This document shows, piece after piece, positions 36,400 through 49,611 of a stretch of DNA of 64,000 bases. The translations under genes were made by a program, and so were the position numbers. Each line of letters starts with the position of its first letter. Positions within the stretch are counted from its first letter, which is position 1. Origin of the DNA: Phyllosticta citribraziliensis (lineage: Eukaryota); assembly GCF_038025025.1 (NCBI RefSeq), contig NW_027117349.1, positions 248,001 through 312,000 of the forward strand, written 5' to 3'. The notes beneath the pieces were generated by a model. That model made no database searches, was not told the DNA's origin, and was given only the letters and a program-made list of their open reading frames with translations.

Positions 36400-38200
36400 A
36401 TGACAGAAGTCATGGCTCCCCAGCACACTGCATCATGGCCTCGAAGGCCCGATCACAACATCCACATGGCCTCCATCAACGTTCCCGGTTTACCTGCTCC
36501 CTACGACACTTCGTCCGCGCGCATGGCCGTCATGCCCACCTCCCAGCCGTACCAGGCCAACAACTACGACCACTCGATGCCCTACATCAACAGCAACAAC
36601 AACAACAACAATAACAACAACAACACTTCTGCGCCAACCACCACCATGTCCTCCTACTCGACCTCGTATGCCTACGAGCCGCTCGAGACCACATCCTTCA
36701 ACTTCCAGAGTAGCTTTGGCTCGAGCTACCCGCCAGTCACTGCCTCGTCGTCATCCTACCTCTCTGGCTCCGTGCTGCCTTCGGCAATGCCGCAATCCGG
36801 CTACTCGAGCAGGCCCTTCTGCAAGACTGAGCTACCTTCCCCAGTGGAGCCCTACCAGCAACTGGGAGAGCTCAGCTTGTCAGACGACAGGAAGCCCCCT
36901 CGCTCCGGGGACTCGGAGAACGGCACTGGTGTCACCTTTCACACCGATGTCGACAATCTTATGAGGGCCATCCAGGCAAAGCACCAGCCAGAAAAGCCGA
37001 AAAGGGTGGCGCCCGTGGACGTGAGTTGAGACACCTTGAACGATGCATCACCCTTTCTGATTTCTCCGTGTAGCCCCAGGTAAAGACGTGCCAAAAGCCC
37101 AAAAAGTATCGTTGCGACAGACCCGACTGCGATATGAGCTTTGCGCAAAAGACCCATCTCGAAATTCACATCCGAAAGCACTCGGGAGAGAAGCCATTTG
37201 TAAGCTCATTTCCCCAGCCTTGCCCTGTACTACTGCTGACTGAATGCGACAGGTCTGCGGCACGCCCGGTTGTGGAAGAAGATTCTCTCAAATGGGAAAC
37301 CTCAAGGCAAGCATCCTGGAAACAATCAAACTTCTCTCAATGCTAACACTGGACAGACTCATGAACGTCGCCACACTGGCGAAAAACCCTACTCGTGTAC
37401 CACATGTGGCAAATTGTTCGCCCAACGTGGCAACGTCCGTCAACACATGAACACTCACTCTCGCACCAAGCCGTTCATCTGCAAGCTTGAACGCTGCGGA
37501 AAGCAATTTTCGCAACTTGGAAACCTCAAGGTATGCAGCCATCATCGCTCGACAGCAACAAGTGTAGCTAACGACTGGACAGTCTCACCAGAATAAGTTT
37601 CACGCAAATGAGATCAAGATCCTCACGTCCAAGTTCGCCTCGTTTGGGGAAAACGACTTCGCCTCTGTCGAAGACAAGGAGCTGTGGGAGTACTTTTCGG
37701 AAGTTTACAAAAACTCCAACAAGGGCATCAAGGGCCGGGGCAAGGACATTCGCGTCAATCCTTCGATTCATGCCCCATCCTCGTCGCCGTCGTCTGGTCC
37801 CCCAGTGACTTCGGCCATGACACCGGGTCCGTACATCCCGACGAGTGTCGGCATGCACAGCCCTTACAGTTCAGTGTCGACGACCAGCTCGCACGGCTCG
37901 TATGCCAGCAGCGGCACAGCAGCCAGTCACGCCATGAGCGCAGCGCACTACAGTCGCAGTGTGGGAAGTCGCAGTCCATCTCTGTCAAGCGTCGACTCGG
38001 AGATGCACCACCACCACCAACACCAACCCCAACACCAACACCACAGCCAACAACATTACGGATATGGAGGCGGACCAGCGTCCTACAGCCTGCCCCAGCC
38101 GCAGCCTCATCAATTGCGGCAGCCGATCCACCCACCGGCAGCGCATTACCAGCAACCGCAAGCGACGTCGTATCCAGGATACGGCAGCGCAATGTACTGA
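36400..38200 (+). CDS. AZF1: Azf1-type C2H2 zinc-finger transcription factor
   Basis: Poly-Asn tract, [13 protein letters not shown] motif, four C2H2 fingers with HTGEKP-type linkers, then [23 protein letters not shown] typical of Azf1. Introns 37021-37073, 37200-37252, 37307-37356 (GC-AG), 37531-37582. Confidence 0.88.
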
Positions 38201-41200
38201 GGATATTTGATTCATGACACATGGCCTCTCTGATTAGATGAGACCTTGAAAAGCACGAAGACATGGTAATGTCGAGCACATGGGGACGAGGTTTGAGGCC
38301 TGTACGCGACTGCGCGGCAAAGCTGCAGCGCGGCAGCGGACTCGAGCTGGGATCTGTGATCTTCGCCGGGTCTTGTTTGCATTCTTTATCGAGACGGGCG
38401 ATGTACCGGTGTTTCCGGTGGGTCAAACAGACCCCTGGCTGGGCTAATGGGTAGAGGGGCGAACTGGTGTCATTGTTGATATTTTCTTTTGTCCATTACC
38501 ATTTCCTTGTATTCTCATTTGTTATTTTCGGCCACGGCTGTCGTCACTGTCTATACTATGCGGATTTCCAAAGGCTCCTACTGTTGTACATTGTCACCAC
38601 CCTTTGTTCCTGGTATCGTTTCTTTTTCGGACTGGTTCCTTCATCGATCTGGCAGTGGTGACACAAGCAAGTGGAGCGCTACGAAGATTGGAGATCGAGA
38701 CATTCCCATGCTCGCATCTAGAAGCCTGGTGGATTCCATTCTGCGCCCTTTCTGCTCGTCCTCTTCGGCTGCTGTCAAGCATCCCCCTTACGAGATGTAT
38801 ATAGAATTGTATCACTTGGCCCTCACAGCGCCCAACACGTACCAGCCCCAGGCCCCATGATTGCGTCTGTCATTGATTGCTGCTTCTGCTCGCGTATGCT
38901 GGTCCTGTTTCATGCTGTTGACCATGTCTTGGAGTGAGTGGTCAGTGATGAAATTTCGCAAGCACCGATGGAAGCCCGAGGTGGCGGAGAGGCCAAAGAC
39001 GAGTTGTCGATGGGCGGAGGAGGCACCGGTCGAGGCAGAGATTTCGTTTGCACGATGTTGGCAGCAATGAGACTGGTCGCATGGAGGAGTCGAGCTCCAG
39101 AAAGAGCGGGCCTCTGATTGGCTCGATGGGGCTCGCTTGGGGCACTAATGGCATCATGGCTCGCTCGTCTGTCACTTTTTGCTTCAAACTTTCAGCCTGC
39201 ACTGCACTGCACTGCAAGACGCGATCTGGTCCATCTCGCATCGCATCGGAGCCTTTCAGCCATCCCCGGATCCCACATGTCATGGCCCGGCGCTCTCGAA
39301 GCGGCCACGTGCAGCCTCTGTCTCAGCGCTTCAGAAGCGCGCGCAAACGTACCTACCTGCCTACCTTCCCACCTACCTACACTACATACACACGACCCAC
39401 GCAGGTGCAACAAGCACATGAATCGAAAAACGAATAACCAGCTTAATCTTACCACCCTCTGTCCACCACTGCTCAGCACAGCGCAGTCGCCCAGTCCAAC
39501 GTACGTCCATACGGCGCGCGGTACCGACCAGATGGATACGCGCCGGCCGACGGCGGCCAACGAGCGTCGTCTCTGAATCAAGACGCGTACTGTCCTGTCC
39601 GATCGCCGCCCATCCAGCGTATCGCATACGGACTGACTGACTGACTGACTCTTTGCCCACTTGCGCACGGCACGTTGGCGTCGAGCAGACCGCTTCTCCG
39701 ACGTTGGGTCGACGACCACGGCCATCCATGGAGACAGGAAACGGCAGTCCGTCTGTCTGTCGGTGTCTGCCGCCCCGCCCGCCCGCCTTCCCGCGCGCCA
39801 CCATGACCGCTGCCGACGACCTCTCTGCTTTCCATGCCCATCTATCTCTCCCATCATCATCATCATCACTCCACCATCAGACTGCTCCACCTACTCAGCG
39901 AGTCCTTGAAGCAAGACGAGCAGAAAAACGAGTACGAAAGGAAAACTCCCATTGCTCGCACCATGTCACCAGCCACTCCAGCGCAGAGCAACTCTAGGAT
40001 CCCCTGCCAAACACCCCCTTGCCCCCTTCGTCACGCTACCACAGTCACCCCCGTTCCCCCACACAACCACCTCATCACTCCTCTCCACGCCGCCAATCCG
40101 CCCCGTCATGCCCGGCCAATGGTAACGGCCAGACCCGCCTATGCCGGAGACCCTTTTTCATTCTGTTGAGCTGTGCGGAAAATTTCTGCTCGCTCGTTGC
40201 CAGTTGTCGCCGCTACTGGCTCGTCCACTGCCAACCTGCGACACGCAGCATCATCAAGCCCCCGCGCGCCGCGCCGACGGCGGATAAGTCGAGCCCTATC
40301 GGCTCGGCCAGGCTGCACCAGACCAGGCCAGGCTATGGATGGGACGCGGGTGTTTCCTGCCTTGGCCTGCCCTACACCAGCGTCGACGCAGTCGGTTGGC
40401 GCGTCGTTGGCATGGGATTTTTATTTTACTCTTTGGCGCATCTCATCTCAGGCCCATTGGCTCTGGCCCAGCCGGGAGCGTCCGAGGAAATGATGGCTCC
40501 GGCAGGGACGGGAAGTTCAGTCTGTCCACCTGTACGGATTCGGCAGCGCGGTTGTCGTTGTCGATGGTGTGTGGCTTTTTGGCGTGGTGGTTTCATTTTA
40601 CTGCCTTGCCTGCCTGCCTGCCTACTTGCCTAGGCTATCCAGAACGGCGGGTCAGACAAGTCAGTGGAAGATGAAACATTGAACCATGACCACGACAACA
40701 ACTCCGCGCAACTTTGCTCTCTGCCTGTCTTGGTCTCACGCGCACCCCCATCTTTCTCCCTCTCTCGTTGTCTCCCCCCGGACTGCTCGGCCTCTTGGCT
40801 ATCCGCATGGATACGCTGCATAGCACTGCACGCACACCTCACTCACTCACGCTTGCCTGCTTGCCTGCTTGCCCACCTGCTTGCTGCCCGTCTGCCCGTC
40901 TGCCTGCCTGCCTGCATACCCACACGCATGCATTCATGCATGCATGTAGGCTGTATGACCTGAAACAATCCGCAATCCTTCATGCTCTCGCTCTCTCTCA
41001 CTCTGCATCTCCTCCGCCCCGTCCACCAGGCCAGACCCAGGCATGCGACATCAGGAGAGAAGCCCCATTGGCCGGCGACCGGGGGGTTAGCAGGTGCGCT
41101 CTTCTCGCGGCGTCCATGGCGCTGCCTAGTCTATCCATCCAAACGGGTCCAGACGGCTGGCGGCAATGTGACGAAGGGCGAATGGGACAGCCAGCCTACA

Positions 41201-43106
41201 GGGGCACAAGGTCGCCTGGCCGGTCGGTAGATGCAGGTCTGCCTGTAGACGCAATGGGTGCCCTGCCTCCTAGGTACGATATACGGACAGGCCGCGACGA
41301 TGGACATGTACGGAGACAGACAGCCAGGCGGGGCGCGGATGGTGGGATGGATGAGCTGGACACGCTGCCAGTGTGGATGGTCGCCGGTGAAGAGGGCTGG
41401 GCTGGGGCATTCCCGGGCGGCCTGCCTGCGTCGCGTTGCGTTGCGCTGTGCTGCACTGCACCGCACTCTGCTGGTGCTGGGCTGGGCTGGGCTGAGCCGG
41501 GCATGGGGGCTACCCAGCTAGCAAGAGAGCAGCGCAGAGCAGCGTTGAGCTTGGCCACTGAGCTTGCTTGCTTGCTCGGGTTTGCCGTTGGGATTGGAAG
41601 TGTGTGCGCTTGCTCCCTCCCTCCCTTCTTCTCTCCCTTGCCAGTGTGGTCGAGGATGAAGAGGACTACACAGCCTGATGTGATGTCCCCACTCTCACCA
41701 CAGCATTGCCCGTCGCAGGTAGCCGTCCGTTGGGCATCGGCATCGACACCCCACAGACGCGATAGGCAGGAACGAGGAGACTGTCACAGTAAAGCTGGAT
41801 CGAAAAGATCAGACAAAGCGTTGCGACCGTGGGGTAGACAAGCACCATGCGGTCTTATCTTGCCATACTCTCTTGCAACTCAATTCAAGACCGCTAGCTA
41901 AGGGGTCTTTGGCGTGGCACCAAACCGAAACTCGCCCTGCGTTGTCGTTGCTTTTCCCTCCCAGGCCTCCTCCACTCTCAGGGCCCGTTGCTGGCACGGG
42001 GACCTGCTTGCCTGCTTGATTTCTGGCTTGCTAGATTGCCGTTTGCCCTGCGTCTGTTGGGCTAGCGCGCTCGACTCTAGCGCGACCTTTTTGCTGGAGC
42101 CGTCCGCCTGGCAGTATCTGTACGACGGGTTGTGTTTGTACCAAGGTCGATGTTCCTCTGGCCCTTAGTCTGATGTCTTGACTGCTCACTGTCCCTACCG
42201 TGACTGCTTACCTCTATCCCTACCCAAGATTGCGGCTGACAAACGGACCAAAGATGTGCGCTGACCTTTCATGAAAGCTTCTCTCCTTCTCACTGATCTC
42301 TAAACAGTAGCACGAGCAGCGTGTCCTTCTCCATCTCCAGAGATCCTACACCAGCTTCTTCGTCTTCTCAGCCAGCTTATAGCGCCCAGAATCAATACAC
42401 CAATGACAGAATTTAGCAAGCAAACACCTCGCCCTCACGCCACCCACTACCGGCCCAGATTTTCAGCGTGAAACGACCCCGGATCGCGACATGTCTCTGA
42501 GCAGCGGACACAGCGCACGCATGCAATGGCGGACAGACAACTGTCTGTCACTGTGAGCGACGCATCGCACTGCGTTTTGGCCGTCGCTGCGATAGGTCCT
42601 AAGAGGGTGGATGTCTGAGAAGGCTGGCTCGAGCACAGCATGCAACGACAAAGCTACATGTAGACAGAATGACGACGAAGCACGCGACGGGGCCAACGGT
42701 CGCTGTCCGGACCGTTGTGCTCCGCATTATCGAATTCTTCTCCGCGTCGCCCTTCTCCCAGCGAAGCTATCGAACAAGCGGAAGAGTCACCTCGACGAGC
42801 GCAACGGCAAAGGTCGACGGCGATACCAAGAAAAGAACGGCACTAGTAACCGATCAATCACTGGTCAATGATGGACGATGGATCGCTGCTGCCCAAAAAG
42901 CACGCCACCTATAAGCAGCCCTATGGCGCACAACAGCGGCGGCGGCAGCGGCAACAGTACTAGGGAGGACAACGTGAGAGACAGACGCGTAAGGAGGGCG
43001 TGATGCGCAACGACAACGAGACTGACTAGCGCAAGGCTGAATAGAACTGCGCTGGACTTTTGCGCCGACTTGGCCAGACTCGCCTCACTTTTGCGCTGGA
43101 TCAAGA

Positions 43107-43153
43107 ATGGGATGGGATGGGATGGGATGGGATGGGATGGGATGGGATGGGGG
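43107..43153 (+). repeat. (ATGGG)9 pentanucleotide microsatellite
   Basis: Nine perfect ATGGG units read directly. Confidence 0.9.
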
Positions 43154-44009
43154 TTTGCGGCGGTCGTGTGGAGTGGAGGTCTGTTGTTTGACTTGAGCGT
43201 GCAGTCGGGTACTTACCCACATACATGTAGGTGCTCAAGACGGTCGAATGAATGGACAGATAGATGGCAGGCAACAAACCACGTCCACTCCTATCACAAT
43301 CTCCCTCCCACTTCCATTCGCCCCCTTCCTCCTCCTCCTCCTCCTCCTCTCACAGTCAACGTCTCTCTTCCCGGCAGAAAAGCAGGGCTTCCGACTTCAA
43401 CCCTCCAGAGCTCCAACCCTTCAACCATGCCTCCCTCCAAAACCTTCTTCTGTAGCCCGCCACCCTCCTCATCCAATGATGCACTCCACTCCGCTCCCAA
43501 CAATCAAGTCTCTCATCTCGCCCTCCCACGCCCCAATCAGTCTCAGACGGTGCTGAAATGAAAGCCCTGATTGACAGAGACTGACTGACAGGCCTCGACA
43601 AGCTGGCCACAGCTAGCCTTCCAGCCAGTGATTCAACCACGTGGGCCCCACGTTGGCGTTTTGGATGCGTACCTAGGCCCTCCCAACGGGCGAGCAGCCT
43701 TGCGCGTCTGCTGGGTGGTGTAGGTGTGGGTGTCGGTAGATTTCCTGCCGCCGGATCTGGAGGGCCTGCCCCGAGTGTGATGAGTGTGGCATCCTCTTTC
43801 CTCTCCCGCGCCCCTCACCTCAAAGCCCGGCCTGCCCCTTTCCCACGCCTGCGCGACACTGTAGACGCACCACCGCCCGTCTCATCCATTCTATTCTCAT
43901 GCCGTCGTCCCTATTCATCGACGGTCCATCCCGCTTGCCTCGACCCCTGCATTGCACCTCGTGGCATGTACAGACAGTGCGAGAGCTGAATCCCACAATA
44001 TTGACTCAA

Positions 44010-44012
<3 letters not shown>

Positions 44013-44041
<29 letters not shown>
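44013..44041. repeat. (CT)14 microsatellite
   Basis: Read directly. Confidence 0.9.
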
Positions 44042-44046
<5 letters not shown>

Positions 44047-47000
44047 CGCTTTTGTCGTCTTCTTCGTCGCCGCCTCCGCCACCAGCACCAGCTGAGCGCA
44101 CCCCACGGAGCCCTCCTCTCCTCGTCCATGGCAAAAGCTGAATCGCATGTGTCGTGGAAGGGAAAGGGGGGGATGATGACACTTGAGGCCTTCTCCTGCA
44201 CTCTCGATCCCTCCCGCTCGCTCCCTGCGTTCATGCTTCCACGTCCGTCATCGCAGACCCTAGCCAGACCCAGACTCACGCCGAGTCTCAGTCTCGGTCT
44301 CAGTCTACCCCCCCCGCGTAAAGAATGAGCGATGGGAAAGTCTTCAGCGCAACATCTAGAAGACGGCGAAAAAGTAAAAGCGTGCGTGGAAAAAAGGAAT
44401 GGCGAGACAAAAAACCAAGTAGTAGGAAGAGCGCAAAAGGACACGACGAGGAGGAAGGAAATTCGCCGATTGGAACCATGCGTTCGTCCGTGCCTTGGCC
44501 CAGTAAAGATAAGTAATTGGGGTAGGCAAGATAGAAAACATGGTGCAGAATGACATGGTGAGTGCAAGTACAGAAGGGGAGGGTGGAGAAAACGGATACA
44601 CAATAGCAGTATAGAAGCACTTTTCGATTGAATTTTGGGTGCGACTGTAACACAAGAGAGGAGCTCTCTCCCCTCGCCACTTGGCTCTCCGTGCTGCCGG
44701 CTGTCACTCTGCTAGCTTACAATCAAGTCTCTGTGCCGAGCGTTGCCTTTTCCCTCTTATCCTTTTCCAGTGAAAGTGACGTGTGGACATATTGTCTCCG
44801 TGGGCACAGTAAGATAGAGTAGTCTTCCTGACTTACCATGTTTATGTCGTTGTCTGCTCCCATCGTTGCGGAAAGCAAGTGCATCGATCAAGTCCAAGAT
44901 GAGATTCACCCTGTCAGGGACCTGCAAACCTACCAGTCTCTGCGACACGGCAAACTCACTACCACATGTCATTACTACGTGCGTGTACATGTTTTTCGCA
45001 GGAGGCTCCTATCTCCCTGTTGGTCAGCGTCGCGTGGGTCGCACCGCACAGCAAGACGAGACAGCCAGGCAAGACAGACAAGACAGACAAGACAAACAGA
45101 CGGCGACAGGAACATGAACAAGCGAGCAAGCGTACTTACCTTGACCTACCTCGGTTGCGCGAGTCCGCACGTTGGTTTGTACGTCGGCATGACCAACCCA
45201 CCGCTGGTCGTCGACCGTGCGCACGCAAATAACCACGCGGCCGCCATTGTCATCCACCACCACCACCACCACAAAAGCACATCGACCACGAGGCATGACA
45301 GGTCCATGAAAAGACAAAGACTCGGCGACGGCGACGCGAGAAGACTGGGGCCATCGCTGTCACTCGCGATCCACGTGCAAGCCAGCATGGCTGCTGCTGG
45401 CGTGATGCCGAGGAGCCGCGGCCATGTCATTGTCCAGCCACGTGGATTGAGCTTCGGCGGCCTTTGCTTTACCCTGATAAGGAGCTTCGCGCGTATTCGT
45501 GTCTTGATCACGCGAAAATTCGACCCTGCAATCATTTTGCGGGATTGCGGAGCAAGGCTGAGGCAAAGAACCAACGCAAAGAGCGAGAACCGATTCAAGA
45601 GGCAGGCAGAACGGCAGCTCGGGCTTGTGTGGTCGCCTCCGAATCAATCCAGCAACAAGTCGCGCAGCAGCGGCGACGTCCTCGTACAAAAAGACATAGA
45701 CGAGATGGCCTACATGCCCATTGTATGCCATCCACTCGGGGCGTTTGTTTGAAGGCCCACAGTTGTGCTCTGGTGATGTGATCCGGGTAGATGCGAGCCG
45801 GAGACCGTGCCGTGCCGATCCTGCGGATCAGTGATGTGCGAGTGTGAGCGAGGGAGGCAGCAGCAGTCAGTAAGCACCGATGGGATGCCTTGGTGCTGCC
45901 ATCAAACTCGCCCACCTCTCAGCCTGGTACCTTCGCATCATCCATCCCAGTTGAATCAATCAGAGACCCCTCAGCCCGTCTCGGGACCCGGATACACACT
46001 CTCGGTGACTTTGACCGAAGGCGACAGGACGAGCAGCCATCCGGGCGTGGTGGTTCCCCAGACAGAGCAGCGTGCGTCGCGTCGCGCCGCCGCAGTCGAT
46101 CTCATTCGCGCCACCCCGCCGAATCGTCTGAGGCCGGATGGATGGAGAGCGAGAGGGGTACCGAGGTGTGATGTGATGGAGCCGGCGTGTCGGTACGATC
46201 CAGTGGTGGAGTGGAGAAAGTGGATAGGCGCGTGCTCACCTACATTGTGGTTCAGGTGAATGCGAGCCGGTGGGTAGATACAGTGGAAGGATTCGCTGCG
46301 AGTGAGAGAGGCTGCCAGGCAGATGGATGGGCACTCAACTTGTTGTGAGACACTTTTGCAGCCACGACGCCTGGGATGTCTGCTCAAGACTGCCCAACCT
46401 AGCGCACTGCCCTGTGTGAACGAGGCGTCGTCAGGATAGCGTGGTCGAGGCGAACCTTTGATGCCCCAATCCCTCTTTGCTCGGTGCCTGGTCCTTGAAG
46501 GGCTTTCAAGGTATCCACTCTGGGCAACGTGCCATACACAGGGTCGTATGTGGCAGCGCATCGCACATATGTGAGGCGCGACAGGATGCGAGTGTACGTA
46601 CTCCTCTTGGGCACGATCATGACTCCCAACTGAGCCACGTCTGCGTGACCATCCCAAGTCTTTCACAACAAACATGATGCCTGTTTGAGCGGCGGGACCG
46701 TTTCTGCTCTCGTTCAAGTTGACGGCGCGTGCCGCGCACGTGCATGGCGAGCTATCCTCCAGCGCTATCCGTTTTGAGCGAGACAGGGGGCAGCGAGACG
46801 GCTGTATGTAACCGTAGTCAAATGTCGGTGAGTATCGACGGCTCATCCTGGAACCGCGGTGTACGTTGCCGACACTGGTACTTCGCGACGATTCTGGCGA
46901 CATCTGGAAGCATGCAGGGCCCATGTTCTGCGAATAAGCGCCCTGGCTCAGACGGTGGTGACTGGGAGAGTCTGGAGTTTGGAACGGTGGCTGCAGCTTT

Positions 47001-49209
47001 CCTCGTCGCTCGTCTATCTGCGTAATCTGAGCGCCGTTGATCCAATTTGAAACAAGAATAGGCAGGTCAGCGGTGCGGCCATTATCGTCCAAGAACCACG
47101 GTCCTGGGAGTGTGTTTGCCGGAAATGACGCCTTCTTTTGGAGGCTGGGAATGGATGCGACATGATATTACCGCTGGCGCGGTCCAAGCGCAGCGCATGT
47201 AAATGGGATGGCAGTTGTGGCTCAAGCGTGGTGGTTGTCTGCCCCCCAACTGCGATGGAGTCGGCGGTTGCTGTCGTGTGCGCCGAGGTGCATGCGCAAC
47301 CTTCAGAGAGCCTGTTTGTCCAAACAGCAAGCACGCGCTGCAGAGACAGGAAAAACGACCGACGACGCAAGTCCGGGCTTCCCGGCACCCACTGTCTTGC
47401 TCCTGCGTCTTTTGTTTTCATTTCCCAGACCACCGGGTCGATGCGACGGTACAAGAGGTGGAATGATTCCAGCGGTCACGGATTCGGCCACGTACATGAT
47501 TCACACGGCATCCGGCGTCAGAGGAGTACATCAGCGCTGGTAGATGGTGGTGGCACGGCAGCTGAAGGCACCGCTACACGGCCCCTTCCTGTCGGACCAG
47601 GAGACGAATCCGCCAGCCAGGTTTGGGGGCAATAGATCCGGCCCCAATTTGAATCGTCGGACGCTGTTGGCTGAGCCGGTGGCGCAAGAGCGACTTGAAA
47701 GAGGGTGTAGTGGTGATGACGGGCAAAGGGGGCGGGCGTACCTCTGGGTCCACTTTGGGCTCAGCGTACACAGCAGATGAGCGAACAGGGAGCGCTGGAG
47801 GGCCAGAGGGCCAGAGGGCAGCGAGCTGATCAGAGGACGACGTCAATGGGCCCTTTTGGATGTCATTCGATTTTGGGCTTTGCCGCTTCGTGTTGGACGT
47901 CCAAGCGCATTTTTGGGCGTGTTGCAAGGTTGGACCATCGGGGGCAAGTCGCGCCTCACTAACCAGTGTGTGGCTTCCAATGACCAGACTGTCGGGACGC
48001 GATGATGGGAGGGGATTTTCGATGGCGCTGCTGGAGTCGTCGAATCTGACCAGGCTCGCATAGCAGAGGCTGGCGCGGACGGGCAGCGGGTTGCGCGCCC
48101 AAGGCGCTGAGTGGACAGGAAAAGAGGGGTGGTGCATCGGCTGCCGCCCGTGGCAGCCAAGACGGCGAGCAGGGGGCAGATGAAGCGCGTCAGGTCACGC
48201 TGCCACCGAACCTCAGTGTCGGGACAGAGATTAAGTTTAGACTTTCTGCGGCCGTTGCTCAAAGCCACATCCGGTTGCGGGTTGTAGGTAGCCAATGGAC
48301 TGGGGCTTGGATGTCAGGCCGGCAAAGAAGCACACCACTCTGCAGATGGGAATTTGCAGGATTGAGGCTGCAGAGTGCCGTTGCGGAGGGAAGGTGGTTG
48401 ACTGCGGCTGAGCTGAAGTTTTGGCGAAAAGGCTGATGAGGCGCTGGGAGAGGGAGGGTTCCCTTGGGTAGCAGTGCACGCGAAGCGAAGCGGTACAATG
48501 GCAGCGCCATGACAGCGCTGCGGTGCAAGGATGGTTGAGCATGGCAGCCTCACTCATGGGCGACGACGAGAGGCCGTGGTTCGTTGGTGGTACCTGGGTG
48601 GTGGAGCTGGAGGACGCATGGCCGGGTGTTCCTGGAAGAAGAAAGCAGCAGAGGGTGCGGAGTTTGGACCGGATGATAGCGTGGTGTCGTCATGAGGTTG
48701 GTGAGGTGTGCCGTTGTCGTCACCCAGGGCTGTGCGGCCGAAGATGCCGACGGAGGGCGGGCCTGGGGGCTGATGGTGATTGCGGCAACGGGATGGGTGA
48801 GCTGGCGAGAGGGCGAAAAGGGGGGCAATGGTTGACAGGTGGCAAGAAGTAGAGGGACGAGAGGTTTAACACGCGGCGCAGGAGGCCGACTTCGCAGGAT
48901 TCGAGGTGTTGAGTTCCTTCCTTCCTGGAGATCAGGTCGGTTGAAGCTCGGGAGAGATTGAAGGCGGAGAAGCGTCACGTGGGCGGTGAGGGGGGCCTGG
49001 ACCGGGACCGGGACGGGGACTGGGACGGGGACTGGGATGGCCGACTCGCGCGGTTAAGGTTACAGGTAGGTTTACCTTTTCCACGGGCTGAGTTAGCTTG
49101 TTCGTGTACATGTAAGCAGTACACCTCGTCCGGGCACATGGACGGTGAGTGCCGGCGACTTCGTCCAGTCCAGTGCAACGGGCCATGGTCAGTCTTGTAT
49201 GAGGGCACA

Positions 49210-49309
49210 ATGATCTGACTTTCGGGCGGCGAGAGGCCTTCGGAACTCTGACCTGCCGAACGACACGGGCCTTGCCGCCTAAGGCCTAGTGCTGCCCCCG
49301 CCAGCCAAT
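49210..49309. promoter_or_regulatory. Putative sterol-regulatory module of ERG3 (SRE-like, CGG-N12-CCG, CCAAT)
   Basis: GTCAGATCAT on the minus strand at 49210-49219; TTCGG-AACTCTGACCTG-CCGAA at 49239-49260; CCAAT at 49305-49309. All lie 300-400 bp upstream of the ATG. Confidence 0.55.
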
Positions 49310-49611
49310 GGCGCGTCGTGAGGGTCCCACCCGCGCTGCCGTTGGAAGCTTCGCTCATCTGCGCGCCAGCAAATTGCCAAAGAATCCCTTTGCTCTTAAA
49401 ACCGATCTTGGCCCTTGTCCGGTGTCGCAACCCAGAGCCCCTTCTCCTGCTCCAGCTCCAGCTCGTCATTCCCTTTATCAGATTGACTTTCCAACCCTCA
49501 ACCCCCGTTGTGTCTGTCGGCCGCCGTGTGCTACAACCCAGCTGCGTACTTTCTTCTGCTCCGGCCTGCCAGCCTACGCCACTTCGACAAGCTGCAGAAT
49601 CCACGCGCGTC

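Noticed and set aside
40714..41901. 395-aa ORF in the desert
   Set aside because: Built from SSRs (GCCT, GGGCT), non-ATG start, no domain-like sequence; expected by chance in GC-rich DNA.
44838..45752. 304-aa ATG ORF
   Set aside because: Runs through AGACA and CAC microsatellites with no recognisable motif. Not excluded, but unsupported.
45971..47092. 373-aa minus-strand ORF
   Set aside because: Arg/Ser/Pro-rich shadow-type composition, non-ATG start, no motif.
49308..49611. ERG3 upstream AUG ORF and stop-free in-frame extension
   Set aside because: The AUG overlaps the CCAAT box and probably lies upstream of the TSS; MDVVLE matches the usual Erg3 N-terminus.
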